DNA of 64,000 bases from Nitrospirota bacterium (GTDB lineage Bacteria > Nitrospirota > UBA9217), in assembly GCA_963796285.1 (NCBI GenBank), contig CAWCKW010000013.1, positions 480,001-544,000 of the forward strand, read 5' to 3'. Each line of letters opens with the position of its first letter. The stretch's first letter is position 1. The notes beneath the pieces were generated by a model that worked only from the letters and a program-made list of their open reading frames with translations, had not been told where the DNA came from and searched no databases. The position numbers and the translations under genes are program-made. Below are positions 39,291-50,861 of the stretch, one piece after another.

Positions 39291-41285
39291 TTATCTCCCC
39301 AATGCCTCTTTCGCCGTCTGCCGTACCGCCGTATCCGGGTCACCGTCGGCAATTTTCGCAAGGATCGCCTCGACCGACGTATCCTGCCTGTGCTTGAGCG
39401 CCTCGACCGCGGCCTTCCGCACGCTCCAGTGCGGGTCCGACAATCGTGCTATCACGGCACGAAGCACTTCCTCCCCATCGTAACCGGCAAGGGCAACGAG
39501 CACTGTCTTGCGCACTTCAGGGTCCTCGTGATCGATCAATTTCAGGAGCGGGCTGAGTGCCTGCCTGAAGTGAAGCTTGCCCAGTACTTCCACGAGAGCA
39601 AGGAGAAATATATCGGACGCGTTGCCGAGATGCCCCACGAGAACCTGGCCGGCCTTATTGCCGCCGATCCGACCCAACCCCCGTGCTGCGGCCGCCCTGA
39701 CCCAGAGGTCTGTGTCCACCAGCAGGGCAATGAGGGCTTCCTGTGCCCCAGGCGCGTCCGAAGTGCCGAGCGCTTCTGCTGCCAGCATTCTGACCTCGGG
39801 ATCATCATCGGTGGTTGCCAGCAGGAGAGGCCGGAGCGACTTGGGGCCGGAAGCGTTCCCGAGCGCTTTGACCACGGCCTTCCGGACGTCCGGCTCCTCG
39901 TCCTTAAGGGCGAAGGCAAGGGCGTCCACGGCCTTTTCCGTTGTAAATTTTCCGAGCAACTGTGCGATGTTCCTGCGCAGAAAGGCATCGCGGGAAGAGA
40001 ATTCTTTTATCAGCCCGTCAAGCATGGACTCATCGCCGATCTCGGACAGAGCATGGATCGCGGTATCCTGCACGTTCTCATATTCATCGGAAAGCAGGTT
40101 AAGGAGCGGCGCGACCGCCTTCCTGCTCTTCAGCCGACCGAGGGTGGCCGCCGCAGTGCTCCGCACATGGCCGTTCTCGTCCCGGAGAAGGGGGAGCAGA
40201 GACTCCTCAGCCTCAGCACAGGCAACCTCTCCCAACGCGTGTGCAACGGTCCGGCGAATCAGCGCATTGTCACTTGCAAGGTAGGGGATTAGAAAGCCCG
40301 CATGGTCCTTGTCGATGTGCGTGAGTGTCTGCGCCACGTACTCCTGGAGTTCTTCCTCATTCAAAAGAGAGAGCAACTTCCGGATCGAATGTTCCCGCCC
40401 GGACCAGCCGAGGAGGGCGATCGTCGCTTTTTGAAGATCGCCGGTGCTCGTGGTGAGGATCTCCTCCAGATTATTCACGGCACTCTCGCTTATCCGTGAG
40501 CGCACCGCCTCGATGATCTTCAACCGATCTAGTCCGGTGCTCTTGCGGTAGACCGCGGTGATCGCCACAATCGACACTTCGCGCACGATCCTGAGCGGGT
40601 CGGCAAGGCTTACAATAAGCGGATCAATGGTGTTTGCATCGCCGATCTTGCCGAGCGACTCGAGGACCGGCTCCCGGAGAGTGCTCCGGTCGAGCGCCGC
40701 AAGAAGCGGCCCAAGCGCTCGCCCATCACCGATCTCGCCGAGCGCTTCGGCCGCTGCGTAGTCGATCCAGCCTTGGTCGTAACGGCTCAGACAGCCCAGC
40801 AGGGCGTCCACTGCCCGGGGATCACGGATCTTTCCGAGGGCCTCGGCTGCGGCCACCCGGATATTCTCGTCAGCGTCCTCGACGAGCCTGGTGATCAGCT
40901 CGGTCACGGCCCGGGGATCCCTGATGTCGCCGAGAATATCGACGACGAACTTCCGCACATCCGGGTCCGGTATCGTGAGAACGGGAAGCAGCGTCTCCAG
41001 CGTCGGCCCTCCAATCTGAATAAGGGCTTCAATCGCCGAGTTCCTGGCGCCGGCGTTGTCCTCGGTCTTCAGCGCCCCGATCAGCCCGGTGATGACACGT
41101 TCCCCTCCGATCGCCACCAGCGCCTCAACCGCGGTCTTCCGCACCCGCCAGTCCTTGTCTGCCATGGCGCGAAAGAGCAGGGGAACTGCCTCCTCACCCG
41201 CACGGCCGAGATCAACGGCAACTTCCCGCCGCTCTTCCGCATCGCTGCTCTGAAGCTGATTGCCTAATGCTTCAAGATCCGCCAT
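39291..41285 (-). CDS. HEAT/PBS-lyase repeat protein
   Basis: Many D-x-x-VR-x-x-A-x-x-ALG repeats. Confidence 0.9.
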   Translation of the reverse strand: MADLEALGNQLQSSDAEERREVAVDLGRAGEEAVPLLFRAMADKDWRVRKTAVEALVAIGGERVITGLIGALKTEDNAGARNSAIEALIQIGGPTLETLLPVLTIPDPDVRKFVVDILGDIRDPRAVTELITRLVEDADENIRVAAAEALGKIRDPRAVDALLGCLSRYDQGWIDYAAAEALGEIGDGRALGPLLAALDRSTLREPVLESLGKIGDANTIDPLIVSLADPLRIVREVSIVAITAVYRKSTGLDRLKIIEAVRSRISESAVNNLEEILTTSTGDLQKATIALLGWSGREHSIRKLLSLLNEEELQEYVAQTLTHIDKDHAGFLIPYLASDNALIRRTVAHALGEVACAEAEESLLPLLRDENGHVRSTAAATLGRLKSRKAVAPLLNLLSDEYENVQDTAIHALSEIGDESMLDGLIKEFSSRDAFLRRNIAQLLGKFTTEKAVDALAFALKDEEPDVRKAVVKALGNASGPKSLRPLLLATTDDDPEVRMLAAEALGTSDAPGAQEALIALLVDTDLWVRAAAARGLGRIGGNKAGQVLVGHLGNASDIFLLALVEVLGKLHFRQALSPLLKLIDHEDPEVRKTVLVALAGYDGEEVLRAVIARLSDPHWSVRKAAVEALKHRQDTSVEAILAKIADGDPDTAVRQTAKEALGR

Positions 41286-41808
41286 GACTCGCCTCCGCCA
41301 GCGCTGATCGCTCCTGCTGGCTCAGGATCATCGAGCTGTCGATGAGAATGATGAGCCGGTCACTTACCTTGCCCATGCCGGTTATAAACCCGGCATGCTG
41401 TCCCCGCGCGGCCTCAGGTGCTGGTTCTATGTCCTTCCGGTTGATATGGAGCACTTCCTGCACGCTGTCCACCACCATCCCGAGCAGTTCCCTGCCCGCT
41501 CTTGATGTTCCGGGAATGGCCCCCTTCGTGATCAGCATACGCATCTTTTTTGGATTATCGACGATCCGGGTAAGGGCAAAGCGCTTCCGCAGGTCTACGA
41601 TCGGGATAATCATACCGCGAAGATTGACCACACCCTCAATGAACTCCGGCATTTGCGGCAGCGGTTTGATCTTGAGCGGACGGATCACCTCGGTTATGCA
41701 CCGGATGTCCACACCAAACTCCTCATCTCCGACCTGGAACGTCACGAACTGGACCACGTCGTCGTCAACCGTGGCAACCTTTTTCTCTTTCGATAGCATG
41801 CTTTTCAC
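41272..41808 (-). CDS. cheW: Chemotaxis coupling protein
   Basis: FVTFQVGDEEFGV, GVVNLRGMIIPIVDLR. Confidence 0.92.
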   Translation of the reverse strand: MKSMLSKEKKVATVDDDVVQFVTFQVGDEEFGVDIRCITEVIRPLKIKPLPQMPEFIEGVVNLRGMIIPIVDLRKRFALTRIVDNPKKMRMLITKGAIPGTSRAGRELLGMVVDSVQEVLHINRKDIEPAPEAARGQHAGFITGMGKVSDRLIILIDSSMILSQQERSALAEASHGGS

Positions 41809-41834
41809 AACGCTTGCCCCCTGGCCCCCGAGTG

Positions 41835-43970
41835 TTATATTTTGAACTTCGTAATTTCCTTGCTGAGCAATTCAGACTGCCCGACCATAAAGTCCATGGC
41901 CACATTCAGTCCTGACGCCAGGTCCGCGTTCGCTCGTGCGCTTTCCTTAATGCGCTCAGTCGACTTTACGATCAGGTCGCTCCCGGTCTGAACTTCTCCG
42001 GCTGCCCTGTTCACCACGCCGATCTTTGCGTTTATTTCCTCGACCGCGGCGGAAATGTCCTTGCTTCCCCTTGCCTGTTCGTCCGTTGAGGTCCTGATGA
42101 AGCGCGTGAGCTCGCGCATCTTTTCCGATGCCTGCGTGATCTGCTCGCTGCCGAGCTTCTGTTCATTCACGGCCCGGACTATCTGGTGCGTCATCTCATT
42201 GATCTTATCGACGGCATCGCTCACCTGCCTGACGCCGCGGGCCTGCTCTGTCGCTGCCTTGTTGATGCCCCTGCTCATGTCCCGTGATTTATCAGCTCGT
42301 TCGACGATTTTACTGAGCGCATCGCCGGCATTACGGGCAAGCTGCACCCCTTCCTCCACCATGGTGACCTCTTCCCGCATGACCCCGACCGCTTCGCGCG
42401 ACTCCTCCTGCACCGAGGCGATCAGCTTGCCGATCTCCTGCGTCGAGGCGGCCGTGCGGTTCGCAAGTTCGCGGATCTCGGCCGCAACCACCGCGAAGCC
42501 CCTGCCGTGCTCGCCGGCCTGCGCCGCAAGGATGGCCGCGTTCAGCGCGAGCAGCCCGGTCTGGTCCGTAATGTCCTCAATGACCGTCAGGATGCTGCCG
42601 ATATTCTCCGCACGTTCCCCCAGACGGTTCACCACCTCCGCGGTTCGGCGCGCCGTGGAATCGATTCGGTTCATGCCCTCTATGGTCTTCTCGATGGCGC
42701 GCACCCCGAGCTGCTGGGCATCCGTAGCAACAGCTTCTGCCAGCGCTGCGGACTCCTGCGCATTGGACTCCACCTCTTTGACGGACGCGCTGATCTCGGT
42801 GGCCGAGGCCGCCGTGTCTTCCGCGGCCGATGAAAGCACCTCAACGTTCTCCGCGATCTGGCGGACGGCGGCGGACAGCTGAACGATAGCGGTGGACGTG
42901 TCTTCAATGGCAGTGGACAGTTGCACGATGGTTTTCGCAACCTCGCTGCTCGATGCGGCCATCTCGATCACTGCTGAGGAGGTCGTCTCCGAGGTTGAGT
43001 ACAGGTTTTCCACATTGCCGGCGATCTCCTTGAGCGCAAAGTGCATTTCATTCACCGACGATGCGGCCTCTTCCACGGCCTCCGCCTGCTCCTTGCTCCC
43101 CGCGGTGATCTCCTGGGAGGTCCCCTTCACCTCTTGCCATATCGACTCCGTTTTGTGGGCGGCACTCTGCACGTTCTCGATCATGCCCTTGAGTCCGATT
43201 GACATCCGGTTCAAGCCCCTGCCGATGCTCCCGAGCTCGTCACTTGACCGCACTTTCACCCGCTGAGACAAATCCCCCGTCGCGATATTTGATACCGCAT
43301 CCACGATTTCCGTCGTGGAAACTACGATCATCTTGCGCACGACAAGATAAATTGTCAGGGCAAGCCCGGCGATGATGAACACGCCGACCCCCAACAGCAT
43401 GCGAAGGAGCGGCAAAGCATTCTGCCGGAACCCGGACCGTGAGAACCCGATCGCTACGGTGCCTATCCGGGTGCCCCCGAGCTGTATATCGGAGATGATC
43501 TCAATGAGGCCCAGTCGCTCCTTGACTTTTGCAGCGAGCGTTTCAACATTCGTTGTTTTTTCCTGCGCGAGGAGGTCATTCAGTCCGGCATGCGACCGAT
43601 TGAAGATGACAGAGGCGTTGTTCTGGACCACGTTCGATGCATTGGTCACATACGCGTAGAGCACATCCTGGGATTTTATCGCCTGCGCAACGAAACCGTC
43701 GAGGGCGTCCCTGTCCTGGTGGAGAAGAGGTTCGGTGACGGCCTTGCCGAGCAACTGTCCCATGTCCCGGCCGCGCGTTTCGAGTGCCCGGTCCTCCCCC
43801 CTCATCAGCATGAAAATGATCAGGAACGTGCCTATCGACATGAACACGCAGATAGCGGCTGTCACCGCCAACATGAACTTAATCGCCATGCTGGCGTCGA
43901 TACGGTCCTTCAGTATCTTTCCCTTCCCTTCCTGAAAAAACCTCTTTATCATACTGAACATAGCCATCAC
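41835..43970 (-). CDS. Methyl-accepting chemotaxis protein (2 TM, HAMP, extended signalling domain)
   Basis: [27 protein letters not shown] hairpin tip. Confidence 0.93.
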   Translation of the reverse strand: MMAMFSMIKRFFQEGKGKILKDRIDASMAIKFMLAVTAAICVFMSIGTFLIIFMLMRGEDRALETRGRDMGQLLGKAVTEPLLHQDRDALDGFVAQAIKSQDVLYAYVTNASNVVQNNASVIFNRSHAGLNDLLAQEKTTNVETLAAKVKERLGLIEIISDIQLGGTRIGTVAIGFSRSGFRQNALPLLRMLLGVGVFIIAGLALTIYLVVRKMIVVSTTEIVDAVSNIATGDLSQRVKVRSSDELGSIGRGLNRMSIGLKGMIENVQSAAHKTESIWQEVKGTSQEITAGSKEQAEAVEEAASSVNEMHFALKEIAGNVENLYSTSETTSSAVIEMAASSSEVAKTIVQLSTAIEDTSTAIVQLSAAVRQIAENVEVLSSAAEDTAASATEISASVKEVESNAQESAALAEAVATDAQQLGVRAIEKTIEGMNRIDSTARRTAEVVNRLGERAENIGSILTVIEDITDQTGLLALNAAILAAQAGEHGRGFAVVAAEIRELANRTAASTQEIGKLIASVQEESREAVGVMREEVTMVEEGVQLARNAGDALSKIVERADKSRDMSRGINKAATEQARGVRQVSDAVDKINEMTHQIVRAVNEQKLGSEQITQASEKMRELTRFIRTSTDEQARGSKDISAAVEEINAKIGVVNRAAGEVQTGSDLIVKSTERIKESARANADLASGLNVAMDFMVGQSELLSKEITKFKI

Positions 43971-43999
43971 CTCGCTCTCGATATACCGGGGCTGTCCTG

Positions 44000-46795
44000 T
44001 TAATCGGTTGTACCCATTGACTCCATCTGCTCCATGATCTTCCTGATACCGTCGTAGTCCTTGTCCGCAGCTGCAACAAAACCCGTGTACTCTTTATCGA
44101 TTGCGGTAAGGAGCCGGGCATGGAACTTGTCTTTCTGATCAAGCGAAATTAACGCCTTTTTGATCAGCCCACTCGTCCGTTGGTCCAGCCGCCGGGAAGC
44201 GCAGATATTGAATTCCGGAATATCGATCGAGGCCTTGATCACCACCAGACCCTGGTCCTGAAAAGCCCTGGCAGTCGGCTCGCGAAGCCCCCCGGCATCA
44301 TACTCTCCGGCAATCACTGCTTTCGCAACATCGTCGTGATGACCGAGGAAGATGTATTCCTTGAGATCATCGAGACCGAGCCCCGCCTCGGCAAGCATTG
44401 CGCGGGGCAACAGATAGCTCGAGGTGGACATCCGGTCCCCGAACGCGAACCGTTTGCCCCTCATATCCTCGAGCCGTACGATCCCCCCGCCCGTCTTCGC
44501 GACTATGGCTGACCGTGTGTAAGGCACTCCGTTACGCAATGCCTTGACAAGGAGTTCAGCGCCGAACTTCTTCTGCGCCTCAATGTACGTGGTGGGGGTG
44601 AGATACGCCAGGTCCGTTACCCCTTCTTCAAGGTCTTTCAGCGTTTGAACGAAGTCGATGGCAACGGAAAGCTCCACGCGCCTCCCGATTACCTGCGTAA
44701 GATACTCGCTTAACGGCGTAAAACGGCGGTACATTTCGCCCGGCGCATCGAGCGGGATCACACCCATTTTCAGGGTGCCGGTCGTGCTGTCACGGTGGCC
44801 CCGCCTCACCTTCATCGTACTGATCTCCTGGTTGAGCAGTTCCGCCTGCTCGCCCAGGGTCTTGAGCGCGCCGGCCATGCCATCGACGCGTTTTATGTTC
44901 TTGCGGGGGAAATCCTGGATCCGTTCCATGGATTCCTGTATCTGACCGATCACCTGCCGCTGCTCACGGGTACCCTCCGCGATCGTGCCGGCACGCATGG
45001 TCACGTTGTCGGCCGCCATCGCGATCTGCTTTCCACCACGTCCCTGCTCGGTCATGGAGGCCCGCACCTGGTGCGCGATATTTCGCATTCCCTCGGCAGC
45101 GCTCAGGATCTTCTCCGTGCCCATGGTCTGGGCCTGGGTCGCTCCGGCTATCTGCAGCATCATCTGCTTGACGTTCATGATGGCCTCGCTCACCTGTTTG
45201 ATGCCCCGGGCCTGCTCGGTCATGGCCCGTTCGATCATGGTGGCCATCTCCGCCGAGCGGCTCGAGCTCGCCAGGATCTTGTCGAGCGCCGCGCCGGCCT
45301 CGGTTGAACGCCGCACACCTTCCTCCACCGCCGTGAGACTGCCCGACATGGCGGACACAGCCTCTTTGGCCTCCCGCTGCACCGAGGCGATCAATTTTCC
45401 GATGTCCTGCGCAGAGCCGGCGGTGCGTTCGGCCAGGGCCTTGATTTCCTCGGCCACCACGGCAAACCCCTTGCCGTGCTCGCCTGCCTGGGCTGCAAGG
45501 ATGGACGCGTTCAACGCCAGCAGGTTCGTACGCTCCGTCACCTCGACGATCACGCCGAGGATCTTGCCGATCTCTTCCGAGCGCTTCCCGAGCCGCATGA
45601 CCGTATCGGAATATTCCCCGACCGTGATCTTGATCGTATCAATGGCGGTCATGGTTTCCCGGATGGATTTCACGCCGATGTCCTGTGCTTCCCGGTACAC
45701 CTGCTGTGACAATCCCGTCGATTCCTTGGCCGCCCGTTCGACCTCCCGCACCGTTGCCTCGATCTGGATCGCCGAAGCCGAGGTTTCCTCGGCCGCAGAG
45801 GAGAGGTTCTCGACATGGCCGGCCACCTCGCGGATCGATGCAATCATCTCGGTGACTGAAGACGTAACGTCATCGACCGACGTGGTGAGTTCGTCGGTAT
45901 GGCGTGCAACCTCCTGATTCGAGGCGTTCATCTCGAGAATAGCTGACGACGTTTCCTCAGCAGAAGCCGACAGGCTTTCAGCGCTCTCGGCAATGGACTG
46001 AATGGATGAGGAGATCGCCGTGACCGACGAGGAAACGAGCTGGATGGTCCCGGCCTCGACCTCTGCGTTCTTTTTGACCTCCCGCGTGTCCGACACGATC
46101 GTCGGGCTCAATTCGCTGATCCGCGAGGAAATGGCGCCTGTATCGACGATGAACTGCTCAAGGCGCGCGATCAGGTAGTTCACACCGTTCGCCAGGTCTC
46201 CGATCTCATCACGTCCCTGTGCCTCCACGCGCCGGGTAAAATCCTTTCCATCGATCGCCTCTTTGAGCGTGCTGCCGAACTCCTTGACCGGCGTTGTGAT
46301 GGTTCGGGTCACGGAGATGAACAGGATCGCCGCCAACGTAATGAAGATAACGATGTCTTCGAGGAGCAGGGTCAGGACACACTCTCCAAGCCGGCTTTTC
46401 AGATCAGCCGGATACACCGCAATGCGGATCTCGCCGAGCTTTGTGGTGCCCGAGAGGATAGGCTGCGGCCCCACGGCGATGCGGTCCTTTACCAAGACCG
46501 GTCTGGCGATGCGGATGAGCTCCCGCCCCTCACCATCAACAATGGTCATTTCCTGGGCATCGGACGTTTGCATGAAATTGTTGGCCATGGAGTGGAGACT
46601 GGTGAGATCCGACGTCAGCAGATAGGGTGCAGCAAGCTTGGCCATAAGCTTGCCGGACTGCTCCCCTTGAATGCGGATAGCGGCAATAACGTTCCGCTTC
46701 TCCGTAACATACCGGTACGTCCCGATCAGTCCCATTGTCACCAAGAGACCGGTGAAAACCAGGAGAATAAGTCTCTGTCTTACGCCACTAACCAC
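44000..46795 (-). CDS. Methyl-accepting chemotaxis protein fused to C-terminal PhnD/PtxB-like substrate-binding domain
   Basis: MCP tip [24 protein letters not shown]; C-terminal ~260 aa LKMGVIP...[10 protein letters not shown]...[18 protein letters not shown]...[10 protein letters not shown]. Confidence 0.9.
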   Translation of the reverse strand: MVSGVRQRLILLVFTGLLVTMGLIGTYRYVTEKRNVIAAIRIQGEQSGKLMAKLAAPYLLTSDLTSLHSMANNFMQTSDAQEMTIVDGEGRELIRIARPVLVKDRIAVGPQPILSGTTKLGEIRIAVYPADLKSRLGECVLTLLLEDIVIFITLAAILFISVTRTITTPVKEFGSTLKEAIDGKDFTRRVEAQGRDEIGDLANGVNYLIARLEQFIVDTGAISSRISELSPTIVSDTREVKKNAEVEAGTIQLVSSSVTAISSSIQSIAESAESLSASAEETSSAILEMNASNQEVARHTDELTTSVDDVTSSVTEMIASIREVAGHVENLSSAAEETSASAIQIEATVREVERAAKESTGLSQQVYREAQDIGVKSIRETMTAIDTIKITVGEYSDTVMRLGKRSEEIGKILGVIVEVTERTNLLALNASILAAQAGEHGKGFAVVAEEIKALAERTAGSAQDIGKLIASVQREAKEAVSAMSGSLTAVEEGVRRSTEAGAALDKILASSSRSAEMATMIERAMTEQARGIKQVSEAIMNVKQMMLQIAGATQAQTMGTEKILSAAEGMRNIAHQVRASMTEQGRGGKQIAMAADNVTMRAGTIAEGTREQRQVIGQIQESMERIQDFPRKNIKRVDGMAGALKTLGEQAELLNQEISTMKVRRGHRDSTTGTLKMGVIPLDAPGEMYRRFTPLSEYLTQVIGRRVELSVAIDFVQTLKDLEEGVTDLAYLTPTTYIEAQKKFGAELLVKALRNGVPYTRSAIVAKTGGGIVRLEDMRGKRFAFGDRMSTSSYLLPRAMLAEAGLGLDDLKEYIFLGHHDDVAKAVIAGEYDAGGLREPTARAFQDQGLVVIKASIDIPEFNICASRRLDQRTSGLIKKALISLDQKDKFHARLLTAIDKEYTGFVAAADKDYDGIRKIMEQMESMGTTD

Positions 46796-46905
46796 GCACC
46801 CTCCTGATAAAACAGAAGCCGGTAGACCACCTATCGGAAATCAGACTGAATCAAAATCTTAGTCTATTTTCCAATGATCCTTCTTCTGTCCCCCGACCTC
46901 CGATA

Positions 46906-49023
46906 TTAGAACTTGAAGCCTTTCAGCTCCTCCTGAAGCGCGTCTGCTTTTGACTTGAGCGCCTGCAACGCCATATCCAATTCGACCGATACGTCGACCG
47001 TATCCTGAGTGATCTTTTGAATGCGCGTGATGGCCTCGCTCATCTGCTGCATGCCAAGGCTCTGCTCCTGCGTAGAGCGGGCCGTCTGGGCTGCCTGCAC
47101 GGTGACCGCCTCGACAGCATTAGCGATCTGCCGGCTGCCCGTGGTCTGCTCCTGGGTCGCGGCCCTCACCTGCCGGGTAATGTCACGCATCCGTTCCGCC
47201 GCCTGTGCGATCCGTTCGCTCCCCTGGCGTTGTTCCTGCAATGCGCCGGCGATCTGCTCAAGCTGGCCCGCAATGCTGATTGAGGTATCGGTGATCTGCG
47301 CTACGGCCTTTGCCTGCTCCGCTGTCGTCTTTTCGATGGCCCGTGCCATGTCTGCGGATTGCCGCGAACTGTTTGCTACCTGTTCGAGCACCTCACTGGT
47401 CACGTTCACCAGCGCGACACCGCTCTCGACAGCCTTGAGCCCCCTGCCCATGGCCTGCACGCTCTCGGCGGTCTCCTCCTGCACCGACTTGATGAGGCCG
47501 GCGATCTCCTGGGTGGACGCGGCAGTTCGCTCCGCGAGGTCTTTGATCTCCTCGGCAACGACCGCAAAGCCCTTGCCGTGCTCGCCGGCCTGTGCCGCGA
47601 GAATGGCGGCGTTCAGGGCGAGCAGGCTGGTCTGGTCCGTCACTTCATCGATGACCTTCAATATCTGCCCAATCTCGTGTGACCGCTTTCCGAGACGGTT
47701 CACCACCGTAGCGGTGGCTTCGACGGTTTCCTTGATGTTCTGCATTCCCCTGATCGCTTCCGTAGCCGCGGACTTCCCGCGCTCAGAGGCATCAAGGGAA
47801 ACCTTTTCCGCCAGGCGGGCCGATTCGACGGCGCGCTGCTCGACCTCCTTCACCGAAGAGCTCATCTCGGTGATGGACGATGAGGTCTGCTCTGCTGATG
47901 CGGAAAGCGTGTCGGTATTCTCCGACACCTGTTTGATCGACGCGATCATCTCCTCGATTGATAAGGCCGTATCCTCAACGGCCGCTGCGAGCACGCCCGA
48001 ATTTCTGGACACCTCTTCGATCGATGATGCCATTTCGGACGCCGAAGACGAGGCGTCGACGGCCACCCGGGACATATCGCCGGCGTTGTCAGCAACGCCG
48101 CGGATCGAAGCAACCATTTCATTCACGACCATCGCCGTTTGTTCTGTGGCCTCCTGCTGGACGCGCGATCCCTTGCTCATTTTGGCCGTGGCGCCGCTTA
48201 TCATCACTATTGCCTCGCCCAGGTCTCCCCCGGTTGCCCCGAGCTTGTGCAGCATTTCCCTGAGGTTGGACGACATCGTATTAATGGCGCCGCCCAGATC
48301 GGCAATTTCATCCCGTCCCGTAACGTTAACGGAGATCTCCTGCGACAGGTCTCCTGCCGCCATCTGGCTGGCGATTGTCGACATTTCCGAGATGGGCCGC
48401 AGCGTGACTTTCAATATGTAACGGACAGCGGATAAAAGCGTCAATATTCCTGCAAGACCCAAAAGGACAAATATCCATTGTATTTTTTTGATTCTTGAAT
48501 AAGACTCGCTGAGGGGCACTGTTATATCCACAGCTCCAAGGACCGTCCCTTCGGGCACATTGTGACAGCTCAGGCAGTTTCTCCCCATAACATCTCGCTT
48601 GGCAATATAGGGGAAAACCCCTCTAATGTTTTCACCTTCAAAGACTATCTTTTGTGCCCCTTTGTCGAGGACTTCCGATTGTATGTCATCTTTTGCATAG
48701 CTTTTTTCAACCGAGTTATATTGTTCGTTTAATTTATCTGACCTGATTACTTTCAAATCGATAATGTTCTTCATCTGATCGATGAATAATTTATTTGAAT
48801 TTTTAATATCATTACTCATCATCATCGTTGTAAGCGAATTCAGAACAATATCTCTCGTTATTTCCAACGTCGATTTCTCTACTTCTTGATTAACAATTAA
48901 TTTCATAGTATAGCCAGTCACAAATACTGAAATAGTAATGCCAATAAATACAACTATAACAATGAGGGTTCCAATTTTCGAAGATAACGACATATTGCTA
49001 TTCGTAATTTTTTTCATTAGCAT
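46906..49023 (-). CDS. Methyl-accepting chemotaxis protein with periplasmic c-type heme (CLSCH) sensor
   Basis: [14 protein letters not shown] between two TMs; MCP tip motif; start set at MLMKK. Confidence 0.9.
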   Translation of the reverse strand: MLMKKITNSNMSLSSKIGTLIVIVVFIGITISVFVTGYTMKLIVNQEVEKSTLEITRDIVLNSLTTMMMSNDIKNSNKLFIDQMKNIIDLKVIRSDKLNEQYNSVEKSYAKDDIQSEVLDKGAQKIVFEGENIRGVFPYIAKRDVMGRNCLSCHNVPEGTVLGAVDITVPLSESYSRIKKIQWIFVLLGLAGILTLLSAVRYILKVTLRPISEMSTIASQMAAGDLSQEISVNVTGRDEIADLGGAINTMSSNLREMLHKLGATGGDLGEAIVMISGATAKMSKGSRVQQEATEQTAMVVNEMVASIRGVADNAGDMSRVAVDASSSASEMASSIEEVSRNSGVLAAAVEDTALSIEEMIASIKQVSENTDTLSASAEQTSSSITEMSSSVKEVEQRAVESARLAEKVSLDASERGKSAATEAIRGMQNIKETVEATATVVNRLGKRSHEIGQILKVIDEVTDQTSLLALNAAILAAQAGEHGKGFAVVAEEIKDLAERTAASTQEIAGLIKSVQEETAESVQAMGRGLKAVESGVALVNVTSEVLEQVANSSRQSADMARAIEKTTAEQAKAVAQITDTSISIAGQLEQIAGALQEQRQGSERIAQAAERMRDITRQVRAATQEQTTGSRQIANAVEAVTVQAAQTARSTQEQSLGMQQMSEAITRIQKITQDTVDVSVELDMALQALKSKADALQEELKGFKF

Positions 49024-49176
49024 GGTTTTTCCCCTCACTTTATAAGTTATAGCAAGTGTGCAATTTGAGATGCGGTGACCGCAAATCACTCTACTGAATA
49101 TTTAATGGTAAGTTTGCCTGCTGTTTCGCCCAGTTCTATTGCGTGAACACACGAGAGCATCTTTCCCCACGTCCGT

Positions 49177-49848
49177 TTACATGACGGCCGCCTTATGCAG
49201 GTCCAGCACGATGTGTAACTTGTCTCCCTGCCGTACAATGCCGCGAAGAAAGTCAGCTCCTTGTTCGACATGTTCCGGCGCGGGCTTGATAGATTCAGGC
49301 AGTGCCCTGATGACACCGTTCACCCGGTCCACGATGAGTCCGACATCTTCATCTTCCGTACTGATGACGATAATGCGCGCCTTTTCGTTCCGTTCCATTG
49401 GCTTAAGACCGAGCCGGGTACAGAGGTCGATCACAGGCAGCATCGTTCCCCTGAGCGACGTTACTCCCTGTATATATTCAGGTGCATTCGGCACTCGTGT
49501 GAGCTCTGGGATTTTGAGCACCTCCCGAACGTCCGCTACCATGACGGCATACTCCTCGCCGCTCAACCGGAATGAAAGCATCTCGATCTCCCGCTGCTGC
49601 GTTGCTTTCGAAGCGCCAATAGACGCATCAGGAATTGTTACGGTGGTGTCAGGGGCAGGTACAACGGCAGAGGCTACGCTCTCCGCGGCCGGAGACTCGA
49701 TGATCTCGGCAGGACGGGACGCTGCAGGGGCCGGCGGTGCTTCTTGTTCATGCCCCGGCTGTTCAGCCGGCGCTGTTGCTTCCGGTTCCGGTTTGTTCCG
49801 GGCACTCGCCTGTTCCGCTGCTTTCTTTCGCGCTGCAAGAATGTCCAT
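49177..49848 (-). CDS. cheW: CheW with Pro/Ala-rich N-terminal extension
   Basis: LSFRLSGEEYAV, GVTSLRGTMLPVIDL. Confidence 0.9.
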   Translation of the reverse strand: MDILAARKKAAEQASARNKPEPEATAPAEQPGHEQEAPPAPAASRPAEIIESPAAESVASAVVPAPDTTVTIPDASIGASKATQQREIEMLSFRLSGEEYAVMVADVREVLKIPELTRVPNAPEYIQGVTSLRGTMLPVIDLCTRLGLKPMERNEKARIIVISTEDEDVGLIVDRVNGVIRALPESIKPAPEHVEQGADFLRGIVRQGDKLHIVLDLHKAAVM

Positions 49849-49962
49849 GTCTCTATCGCTCCGTATGATAATTACAAGGGACGTCGGATGTCAGCTCGCT
49901 TCGGTTGCATGGACGAGGGCGAAACTTCATTCCTAGACGCTTCCCTCGTACTTCATTCCTCA

Positions 49963-50760
49963 CTATTGCCGATCCTTCACTACGCTCTCGATGATTTCCG
50001 GTCCGATGATCTCTGCCGACCTTCCGAAACCCTCGATGAGCGCGTTTCCTGCGATGGTATTGATGCGGCGGGGAATGCCCTCTGAGTATTCGAACAGGAG
50101 CGCGAGCGCCTGATCATCAAACAGCGGCTCTGACCTGCCGGCAATCCCGAGCCGGTGCTGAACATATGCCTTGACCTCTTCCGCGGTGAGCGGGCCCAGA
50201 TGATACTGCATCCCGATGCGCTGGCGGAGCGCCCGGTACGGCTTTTTATCGAGCCGCTCCCGAAGCTCGGTCTGGCCAATCAGCACCAGCGACAGGAGAT
50301 TTCGATCGTCGAGCTGAAAGTTTGTCAAGAGCCGCAGCTCCTCGAAGGTCGCCTTACCCGGGATGAGCTGCGCCTCATCGATAATGATCACCGGCCGTCT
50401 GCCCGCCTCGTAGAGCTCATAGAGCCTTGCATTGAGCCCCTCGAGGATGTCTTGTCGGTAGCGGCTCACATCTTCCATGCCAAGGCGCAGCGCGACGGTG
50501 CGCAGGAGCTGCGACGGAGTAAGACGTGGGTTGATGATGAGCAGCGGGTGATAGCTCTCCTCCAGCGAATCAATGAATGCACGGGAGAGCGTGGTTTTGC
50601 CCGATCCGATCTCGCCGGTAAGCAGGACGATGTCCTGTTCCTCCACAGAAAGCAGAAGCCGAGCAAGGGCCTCCGCGTGCTTCGGGCTGTGGTACAGAAA
50701 CCGCGGGTCAGGTGTTTTGTTAAAAGGCTTTTCCCTCAGTCGGTAAAATTCTTTGTACAT
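49963..50760 (-). CDS. ExeA/MshM-like AAA ATPase
   Basis: PFNKTPDP, GEIGSGKTT, IIDEAQ, LIGQTEL, GIPRRIN. Confidence 0.9.
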   Translation of the reverse strand: MYKEFYRLREKPFNKTPDPRFLYHSPKHAEALARLLLSVEEQDIVLLTGEIGSGKTTLSRAFIDSLEESYHPLLIINPRLTPSQLLRTVALRLGMEDVSRYRQDILEGLNARLYELYEAGRRPVIIIDEAQLIPGKATFEELRLLTNFQLDDRNLLSLVLIGQTELRERLDKKPYRALRQRIGMQYHLGPLTAEEVKAYVQHRLGIAGRSEPLFDDQALALLFEYSEGIPRRINTIAGNALIEGFGRSAEIIGPEIIESVVKDRQ

Positions 50761-50861
50761 AATCCTTCAAAAGACTGCGTCTCATGACAGTGCGCCAAAT
50801 AGCTTTTATTATTCCGGTCCGGCTACTGATAGCCAATCTTCCGTTTTCTCCCGACCCCTGC

